Below, in pieces: positions 57,333-64,000 of a DNA stretch of 64,000 nt. The notes beneath the pieces were generated by a model. The model was not told where the DNA came from, did not search any database, and saw nothing but the letters and a program-made list of their open reading frames with translations. Each line of letters starts with the position of its first letter. Position 1 is the first letter of the stretch. Source of the stretch: an archaeon (lineage in GTDB: Archaea > Nanobdellota > Nanobdellia > Pacearchaeales > GW2011-AR1); the NCBI GenBank assembly GCA_018651605.1, contig JABIDS010000009.1, positions 19,966-83,965 of the forward strand, written 5' to 3'. The translations under genes and the position numbers were made by a program.

Positions 57333-58373
57333 TTATTTTATCTCTTTTGATTCCCTTTCATCAGCCCAATCTAAATCAGGATTTGTGATATCTATATTTT
57401 TGTTTTTTAGAATGGCTATTGAATCTGAGAAACCAAATCCTTTTATGTCCTGCATTGTGCATTTTCCTTTTTCGTTTATTGCTCTTCCTAATATGTCGAC
57501 TTGTTTGTCGGTTAGCATGAGGAATGCGGCTTCAGGTGTGGCGTGTTTGAATTTTGGTTCTGTTGAAAGGAATTCGTAAGCTTTTTCTAGGATTACTTTT
57601 TTTATGCTGTGGTCAATTGCTTTGTAGACTTTTTTGTAGAGGAATGTTCTTGTTTTTTTGAAATTTTGATATATTGGACTATCTTTGAATTCTACTCTTT
57701 GTTTTAATTTGCTTTCTTGGATTAAGGCTTGTAGAACTTTGTAGGTTCTTTGGTCTTGGTTTTGTCCTAGTGATGTTATGAAGTCTGGGAGGTCTTGAGG
57801 GTTAAGAAATTTGTATCTCATTGCATCGTTGAGGTCTGAAAATGTGTATGCTATTTTGTCTGCAAACATTACTGCAGAGTATTCGTTTGGTAAGTTTGGG
57901 TCTGTATGTAAGTCTATTGAGTTTGTTCTTGAATGGTGGAGAATTCCTTGAAGTGTTTCAAAAGTTAAGTTTAATCCTTTTCCATGGTCTTTTTCTAAAT
58001 GTTGTGCAACTACTACGCTTCCTATTGGGTGATTGAAAGGTTTGTTTAGGATTTTTGTTAGCATTTCTTCTCCTAAGTGTCCGTAAGGTGTGTGTCCTAT
58101 GTCATGGGCTGCTGATATTGCTTGGCATAGAGAGGTGTTGAGGTTTAAGTGTTCTGAGATAGTTGTTGCAATTGCCAGTACTTCTCCTGTGTGGGTTAAT
58201 CTTGTTCTTGTGTAGACGTTTCTTGGGAGGCTGATGACTTGTGTTTTATCTGCTAAACGTCGGTATGATTTACAATGTAAGATTCTTGTGAAGTCTTCTA
58301 AGAAGGGGTCTTTGATTTTTATTGGGTAGGATTCGGGGTGGCGTCGGCCTTTTGTGTGAGTGAGTTTTTTCAT
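57333..58373 (-). CDS. dgt: HD-domain dGTP triphosphohydrolase-like protein
   Basis: RRLADKTQV, RTRLTH, HDIGHTPYGHLGE, ADKIAY. Confidence 0.9.
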   Translation of the reverse strand: MKKLTHTKGRRHPESYPIKIKDPFLEDFTRILHCKSYRRLADKTQVISLPRNVYTRTRLTHTGEVLAIATTISEHLNLNTSLCQAISAAHDIGHTPYGHLGEEMLTKILNKPFNHPIGSVVVAQHLEKDHGKGLNLTFETLQGILHHSRTNSIDLHTDPNLPNEYSAVMFADKIAYTFSDLNDAMRYKFLNPQDLPDFITSLGQNQDQRTYKVLQALIQESKLKQRVEFKDSPIYQNFKKTRTFLYKKVYKAIDHSIKKVILEKAYEFLSTEPKFKHATPEAAFLMLTDKQVDILGRAINEKGKCTMQDIKGFGFSDSIAILKNKNIDITNPDLDWADERESKEIK

Positions 58374-58439
58374 GAAGGTTAGAAGTTGGATTATTTTTTA
58401 AAGAAATGTGTGATGAGGTTATAACTTATGTTTAAGATT

Positions 58440-59852
58440 TTATATTTTCTTAAACAAAATCTCGGATTTCTTAATTGATTTTATTTTAATTGGTTTTTCT
58501 ATTTGGTCTAAGCTTAGTTTAAAGTTTAGTTGTTTTGCTATTTTTTCTGACGTTTCTGGAATGAATGGGTAAAGTATGATTGTTATTGCTTTTATTGAGT
58601 CTATTAGTTCATAGAGAATTTTTTGGTCTTTTGTTTCCCATGGTTTCTTTTTTTGGATGTATTCATTGCAGATGTCTATGAAAGTGAAGATTTCATTTAG
58701 GGCTTTGTCTAATTCGTAGTTATCTATTAGTTTTATTATATTTTTTAGTTTTAGTTTTTTTAGGAGTGTGTTTTCAGTTTGTGTTGGTTTGTATTTTTCT
58801 GCTAATGCTGTTGTTCTGCTTATTAGGTTTCCTAATTTGTTTGCAAGTTCGTTGTTATGTCTGTCTATTAAGATCTCTTCTGAATAGTCTGAGTCTTCGA
58901 ATATTGAACATCTTAATAATGAGTATCGAACTGTGTCTGAGGAGTATTTCTCTGCGAGTTCTATTGGGTCAATTATATTTCCTAATGATTTAGACATTTT
59001 TTTTCCTTTGATGTTTAAGTATCCGTGGACTAAGAGTTTTTTTGGTAGAGGGTAGTTTAGGGAGAGTAGCATTCCAGGCCAGATTACTGAATGGAACCAG
59101 TTTATTCCTTTCCCGATTACATGAATGTCTGCAGGCCAGTTGCTTTCTGCTCCAGAGATATAATTAATTAGTGCGTCGAACCAAACATATATTTTGAATT
59201 CTTTGTCTATTGGATTGTCTATTCCCCAAGTGAGGTTTGTTCGTGAGACACATAAGTCTCTTAATTCTTCGTTTTCTAATCTTGATAGGATTTCGTTTTT
59301 TCTTTTTTCTGGGACTATGTATGTTTTTATGAATTTTATTATCTGTTTTTGGTATTTGCTTAGTTTGAAGAAATATGCGTCTTCTGAAATGTGTTCTGGA
59401 GCTTTATTGTGTTCTGGGCATTTTCCATCTACTAGTTCTTTTTCTGTTATGAAAGATTCGCAACCTAAGCAGTAGTTTCCTTCGTATTTTCCTTTATAGA
59501 TTTCTCCTTTGTCGTAAACTGCTTTAAAGATTTCTTGCGATTTGTTTTTGTGTTCTTTTTCTGTTGTTCTTATGAATCTTGAGTAATTTATGTTTAGTTT
59601 TTTGCAAAGTTCTATGAAAACTTTTGAGTTTTTGTCTACGAATTTTTGTGTTTCTATGTTTGCTTCTTTTGCAGCTTCTGCGTTTTTTTGTGCGTTTTCG
59701 TCTGTTCCTGTTAAGAAAAATGATGGGTTTGAGTTTAGTTGTTGGTATCTGTTTAGGGCGTCTGCTATAACTTTTTCAAAGGCGTGTCCGATATGTGGTT
59801 TGCCGTTGACATAATCTATTGCAGTTGTAATGTAAAATTTTTTGGGTTTCAT
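58440..59852 (-). CDS. metG: Methionyl-tRNA synthetase (short form, no C-terminal tRNA-binding domain)
   Basis: YITTAIDYVNGKPHIGH, YVWFDAL, KMSKS. Confidence 0.96.
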   Translation of the reverse strand: MKPKKFYITTAIDYVNGKPHIGHAFEKVIADALNRYQQLNSNPSFFLTGTDENAQKNAEAAKEANIETQKFVDKNSKVFIELCKKLNINYSRFIRTTEKEHKNKSQEIFKAVYDKGEIYKGKYEGNYCLGCESFITEKELVDGKCPEHNKAPEHISEDAYFFKLSKYQKQIIKFIKTYIVPEKRKNEILSRLENEELRDLCVSRTNLTWGIDNPIDKEFKIYVWFDALINYISGAESNWPADIHVIGKGINWFHSVIWPGMLLSLNYPLPKKLLVHGYLNIKGKKMSKSLGNIIDPIELAEKYSSDTVRYSLLRCSIFEDSDYSEEILIDRHNNELANKLGNLISRTTALAEKYKPTQTENTLLKKLKLKNIIKLIDNYELDKALNEIFTFIDICNEYIQKKKPWETKDQKILYELIDSIKAITIILYPFIPETSEKIAKQLNFKLSLDQIEKPIKIKSIKKSEILFKKI

Positions 59853-59899
59853 GTATGGGGGAGAAGTTAGAAGTATAAAAATTTAATTGTTTGTGGAAG

Positions 59900-60271
59900 T
59901 TATTTATTTTCTTCATACATTCTTGCAACGTAATCTTCAATATATCCTCTTTCTCTTTCATAAAGTTTTTTATCTCTAATAATTAGTTTTCCTAATTTTT
60001 CTAATTCTAACATGCTTGGTTTTATTTGAGTTTCATATGTTTCAAATAAATATCTAAATTTTGTTCCTTGGACTGTTCCTTTTTGGGTTCTAGTCTGAGT
60101 TAATGGTCCAAATTCTCCTAAGGGTTCTAAAATCCTGTCTATGATTCCTCTTCTGCATCTATCATCAACTGCAATAATATGATACTTTAACTTGGGGTTA
60201 TCACTCATATCTTCTGTTTCTGGAGATTTTTCCCAATTCCAACGAACATGTCTTTGGTCTCTATAACCCAT
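59900..60271 (-). CDS. Hypothetical protein
   Basis: 123-aa ORF with its own TATA box. Confidence 0.65.
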   Translation of the reverse strand: MGYRDQRHVRWNWEKSPETEDMSDNPKLKYHIIAVDDRCRRGIIDRILEPLGEFGPLTQTRTQKGTVQGTKFRYLFETYETQIKPSMLELEKLGKLIIRDKKLYERERGYIEDYVARMYEENK

Positions 60272-60317
60272 AGGGATTTTAGAATTATTGGGTATATAAG
60301 GTTAACTCTTTTAGGTT

Positions 60318-60905
60318 TTATTTCTTATTTATCGCTTTAATCCCAAATAGAAAATAAATAAAGGAGCCGATCATACCTAAAGTTAAATCTATCATTGTGT
60401 CGTCAATTGGTGAGAGTAAAACCTGTCCTCCGAGTTTTCCTCCGGTTCCTCTTACATAATTTCCTTGAAGTCCCCATTTGAATATTAGATCTCCAAAATA
60501 TTCTATTATTTCAAATATTGCGAATGATGCTAAGACTATAAAGAATGTTAGGTACAGGGCATGTAGTTTTTTTATTTTTAATTTTGATACTATAAAGAAA
60601 ACTATAGAAGATAGAAGAATTGGGTGGAAGAAGTGAAGGATTTTGTCGTAGTGCATTGCCGCACTTATTATTGGAACTACTATTGTTGGGCCTGTTAATA
60701 CAATTGTTATCATAATTATGTATTGTTTTTTCTTGAATTTTATATTGAAGAGATTGTCGAAGACGTAGAAACCGTAGAGGAGGATTACAGAGTAATAGAG
60801 GCTTAGGGCGAATGGAGATGGGTTGATTATTTTTGAAAGAAGTCCTGCTAGAATTAAAATTGTTATTAGTGTTAGGTGGAGGTATTTGTTGAATTGTTGT
60901 TTCAT
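60318..60905 (-). CDS. Multi-TM protein, DUF2238/VanZ-like
   Basis: YDKILHF, FEIIEY, DDTMIDL. Confidence 0.7.
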   Translation of the reverse strand: MKQQFNKYLHLTLITILILAGLLSKIINPSPFALSLYYSVILLYGFYVFDNLFNIKFKKKQYIIMITIVLTGPTIVVPIISAAMHYDKILHFFHPILLSSIVFFIVSKLKIKKLHALYLTFFIVLASFAIFEIIEYFGDLIFKWGLQGNYVRGTGGKLGGQVLLSPIDDTMIDLTLGMIGSFIYFLFGIKAINKK

Positions 60906-60981
60906 GGTTGTTATAAGTTGAGTGAGTTAATAAATTTAACTTTTAAGAAATATTTATATAATATTGTTTGTTGATTATTTT

Positions 60982-61425
60982 ATGGTGAATAAAAAGATTA
61001 TTGGAGGGATTTTTATTTTTGTAGGGTTGTTGGTGATTATTTTGCAACCACTGGTTGGAATAACTGGAGCAGTTGTTGGTTCGGCTGTTAGTATTGAGAT
61101 AAATTTTATGATTGGTTTGGTTGTATTGGTTTTAGGAATTGTTTTGTATGCTACGGGATTGCAAGAGTTAATTAAATCGGATTCTGATATTAAGGATTTT
61201 GGAGTGACAAGAGAATTTAAGAGGGCTACAAAGGGAATGGATAAGAAAATTATTAGAAGAGCTGTTAAAAAAATAGGGACTGGGTTGGGACATGAAAAAC
61301 ATCGAATGTATGGAGATGAAAATTTTTCTGTAAGGGTGGATAAGGGTGGAAGAATTTTTTATCAAATTATGCCAAATGGTTCTATTCTTTTAAATGAGTA
61401 TGTTCCTCCTTCAAGGCATCACTAA
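60982..61425 (+). CDS. Two-TM protein with a RelE/ParE-like C-terminal domain
   Basis: TM-ITGAVVG-TM, then TREFKR…FSVRV…RIFY. Confidence 0.6.
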   Translation: MVNKKIIGGIFIFVGLLVIILQPLVGITGAVVGSAVSIEINFMIGLVVLVLGIVLYATGLQELIKSDSDIKDFGVTREFKRATKGMDKKIIRRAVKKIGTGLGHEKHRMYGDENFSVRVDKGGRIFYQIMPNGSILLNEYVPPSRHH

Positions 61426-61465
61426 TAGATTAAAAATAAAAAAATAAAAAAATAAAAATTGGGGA

Positions 61466-61606
61466 TTACATTAACCAAAAGTAAAGTCCTGCTAATACTG
61501 CGATAACTACTATTGCAATAATTATCCATTTCATTTTAGAACTTTTTTGTGGAACTTCTTTACCTTTTCCAACTGCTGGTTTATTCATTTCTGCTTGTTG
61601 TGCCAT
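61466..61606 (-). CDS. 46-aa tail-anchored membrane micro-protein
   Basis: AGGAGGT SD; own translation MAQQAEMNKPAVGKGKEVPQKSSKMKWIIIAIVVIAVLAGLYFWLM*. Confidence 0.7.
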   Translation of the reverse strand: MAQQAEMNKPAVGKGKEVPQKSSKMKWIIIAIVVIAVLAGLYFWLM

Positions 61607-61636
61607 TTTAACCTCCTTTTTTTGTTTATTGTTAAT

Positions 61637-62296
61637 TTAATTTATTGCAAGTTCTTTTTTAACTTTCTTAGCATATTTAGATGCGAGGTGGATTGGTTCT
61701 GGGCGTTTGTGAGGTAACTTAATAGTTTCCTTGGATAATTTATATGCATTTGATATGCTGATTAAATTTCCTGGGCTGACAAACATTGGATTGCTTTCTT
61801 TTTTACTTTTTAAAATTTTTCCTACTTTTTTATTTTCTTTAATTATATCTTTTCCTTTTATTTCTGTGTCAAATATAGAATTACTTACCCCTATTGTTGG
61901 GATTCCAGTAGATAAACCAAAGTGGCTTGCTAATCCTAATCTTGGATGTGCGATTCCGTGTCCTTGTATGAAAACAACATCTGGTTTTTCATTTAATTTG
62001 TTAAATGCAGTTATCATAGGTTCTAATTCTCTGTAATTTCTGAAACCTGCGAGGTAGGGGAATCTTATTTTTTCTAAAACATAGGCTCTATCAATTATTT
62101 CAAATTCTTTGTCACAAACAATTGCACAAGAAAGTATTTTTTTCCCTATGAAAATGTTGTCTATTGCTCCGTAAGACTCAACTAATGAGAAATCTATTTT
62201 ATTTTTTAGTTCTATACCTTTTGCTAGTTTTAGTTGTTCGGATTTTAGGACTTCTAAATCTATGCCGTACCGATTTAATAATTCTTCTTGCTCCAT
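61637..62296 (-). CDS. nfi: Endonuclease V homolog with altered catalytic motifs
   Basis: FPYLAGF..RE, GHGIAHPR.GLASH, PTIGV, VSPG, PEP. Confidence 0.88.
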   Translation of the reverse strand: MEQEELLNRYGIDLEVLKSEQLKLAKGIELKNKIDFSLVESYGAIDNIFIGKKILSCAIVCDKEFEIIDRAYVLEKIRFPYLAGFRNYRELEPMITAFNKLNEKPDVVFIQGHGIAHPRLGLASHFGLSTGIPTIGVSNSIFDTEIKGKDIIKENKKVGKILKSKKESNPMFVSPGNLISISNAYKLSKETIKLPHKRPEPIHLASKYAKKVKKELAIN

Positions 62297-62383
62297 TCTC
62301 TTTTTATTTAATAAGAATTTGTTTATTAAAAAGGTTTTGTTTTAAATACAAACATTTAAATCCCTAAAAAATTGTTTATAATT

Positions 62384-63031
62384 ATGTTTGATAAGAAATG
62401 TTCTAAATGTGATAGTAAGATTAAGGGCGATTATGATTTTTGTCCTTTTTGTGGTTGTAATTTGAAATCTGAGTTTCATAAGGATGATTATGGGTTGTTG
62501 GGGCGGAGTGATGTTGTTGAGCCAAAACCGGAGGATTTGTTGAGTGGTTTGGGTAATTTGTCTATTGGGAAGATTTTGAAGGGTGCGATGAAAGAGTTGC
62601 CTTCTATGATGAAAATGCTTGAAAAGCAGATGGGTGATATGAATAATAATTCTAAGGGTAAGGGGAATGGTTTGAATGTTCAGTTTTTTGTTGATGGTAA
62701 GAAAGTTAATCCTATGAAGAATCAGAAACTTAAGAGTGTGAAGAGATTGCCTCAGGAGTTGTCGAAGGAAAAATTGAAGATGTTGTCTGAATTTCCAAAG
62801 GTTGAGCCAAAGTCTGAGGTTCGGAGATTGTCTGGGAGAATTATTTATAATATTTCTGTTCCAGGAGTTAGGGATATTAATGATATTTTTATAAACCAAT
62901 TGGAGAATTCTGTTGAGGTGAAAGCTCTTGGAGAGGATAAGGTTTATTCGAAGATTTTGAAATTGAATTTGCCTGTTAAGGGATATGATTTGATTAATGG
63001 GAATTTGGTTTTGGAATTTGGAGAGAGGTAA
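62384..63031 (+). CDS. Zn-ribbon plus Hsp20/alpha-crystallin-like protein
   Basis: CSKC…CPFC; VPGV…DI…VEVKA…K.YSK…NGNLVLEF. Confidence 0.7.
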   Translation: MFDKKCSKCDSKIKGDYDFCPFCGCNLKSEFHKDDYGLLGRSDVVEPKPEDLLSGLGNLSIGKILKGAMKELPSMMKMLEKQMGDMNNNSKGKGNGLNVQFFVDGKKVNPMKNQKLKSVKRLPQELSKEKLKMLSEFPKVEPKSEVRRLSGRIIYNISVPGVRDINDIFINQLENSVEVKALGEDKVYSKILKLNLPVKGYDLINGNLVLEFGER

Positions 63032-63072
63032 AATACAAAGACTTATAAATTGAATTAGATAATAATTTTTAT

Positions 63073-63147
63073 GAGCCTGTAGCTCAGCCAGGTTAGAGCA
63101 CTACTCTGATAAGGTAGGGGTCCCAAGTTCAAATCTTGGCAGGCTCA
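63073..63147 (+). tRNA. tRNA-Ile(GAT)
   Basis: Acceptor stem GAGCCTG/CAGGCTC, anticodon loop CTGATAA, T-arm CCAAG-TTCAAAT-CTTGG. Confidence 0.95.
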
Positions 63148-63300
63148 TAAACTAAACCAAGATTTGAAAATCCAGAAAATTTTTAATTTTCTGGTCCATT
63201 CAAAAACCTATGGGTTTTTTGAAGGTCTTGACAGGATCATAAACTAAACCAAGATTTGAAAATCCAGAAAATTTTTTGAAGGTCTTGACAGGATCATAAA
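63134..63300 (+). repeat. tRNA-linked repeat: tRNA 3' end present three times with hairpin spacers
   Basis: tcttg(g/a)cagg(c/a)tcataaa three times; ctaaaccaagatttgaaaatccagaaaatttt twice. Confidence 0.85.
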
Positions 63301-63338
63301 ATGCTAAGGTTTTTAAACGAACTTTAGCACAATAAAAT

Positions 63339-63911
63339 ATGGTAAAAGGATTATATCACGCAATTCGGAAGGCTTGGAAAAAGCCAGACGTTGATACTCT
63401 TAGAGCTCGAATGGTTGAATGGAGAAAGGAGAATGTTGTTACTAAAATTGAGAGGCCGACTCGTTTAGATAGGGCTCGTGCTTTGGGTTATAAGGCGAAG
63501 AAAGGTGTTGTTGTTGCTAGGGTGCGTGTTCTTCGTGGTGGAAGAAAAAGGGCAAGGACAAATAAAGGTAGGAAGAGTAAAAGGCATACTATTAAGAAAA
63601 CTGTTAAGATGAATTATAAATGGATTGCTGAGCAGAGAGCTGGAAAGAAGTTTCCTAATTTGGAAGTTTTGAATAGTTATAATTTAGGAAAAGATGGTAA
63701 ACATTATTTTTATGAAGTTATTTTAGTTGATGCTTCGAAGCCTGAGATTAAGAATGATAGAGTTTTGGGTTGGGTTGCCGATAAGAGTCATAGAAAAAGA
63801 GTTAGTCGTGGATTGACAAGTGCTGGTTTGAAGTCTAGAGGGATGCGTTCTAAGAGTCCGATGAATAAGAATAGGCCGAGTGTTAGGGCTGGTTTGAGGC
63901 GTGGGAAATAA
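63339..63911 (+). CDS. rpl15e: 50S ribosomal protein L15e
   Basis: RPTRLDRARALGYKAKKG, LEVLNSY, RGLTSAG. Confidence 0.97.
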   Translation: MVKGLYHAIRKAWKKPDVDTLRARMVEWRKENVVTKIERPTRLDRARALGYKAKKGVVVARVRVLRGGRKRARTNKGRKSKRHTIKKTVKMNYKWIAEQRAGKKFPNLEVLNSYNLGKDGKHYFYEVILVDASKPEIKNDRVLGWVADKSHRKRVSRGLTSAGLKSRGMRSKSPMNKNRPSVRAGLRRGK

Positions 63912-64000
63912 GGGCTGGGTTGAGAAGAGGGAAGTAGTTGGTTCTGAATTAGCTGAGTTTTATAGAAAAAATTATTATTATATTCTACCAATAGCTTCTG

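Noticed and set aside
56630..57400. Diversity-generating retroelement TR/VR pair at the dGTPase 3' end
   Set aside because: Mismatches are not adenine-specific (AAT/AAC, CCT/CCC, GCT/GGG) and no reverse transcriptase is in the window

Overview
Low-GC archaeal chromosomal segment, most consistent with a reduced DPANN genome (Pacearchaeota/Woesearchaeota-like; this is inferred from gene content and protein style, not from a search). Housekeeping genes include mre11-rad50, RNase J, Pop5, signal peptidase, TFS, serS, uppS, topA, radB, rpoL, scpB, aRF1, valS, Sec61beta, NAC, minD, metG, endonuclease V and L15e. The tRNAs are two identical tRNA-Lys(CTT) copies plus a 3' fragment, and one tRNA-Ile(GAT). 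Surface proteins are a 2610-aa Cys-rich protein and a membrane-anchored subtilase. The + strand is strongly G/T-rich, and many solitary ORFans with weaker skew sit between core genes. The main pattern the gene calls do not explain is a dispersed family of about 10 modular palindromic elements. They are mostly in one chromosomal orientation, often sit at core/accessory boundaries, and one is translated in frame inside scpB. Related hairpin insertions duplicate tRNA 3' ends and gene starts, and the tRNA-Lys locus carries integration-like junctions. No integrase, transposase, reverse transcriptase or CRISPR-Cas gene is visible in the window.
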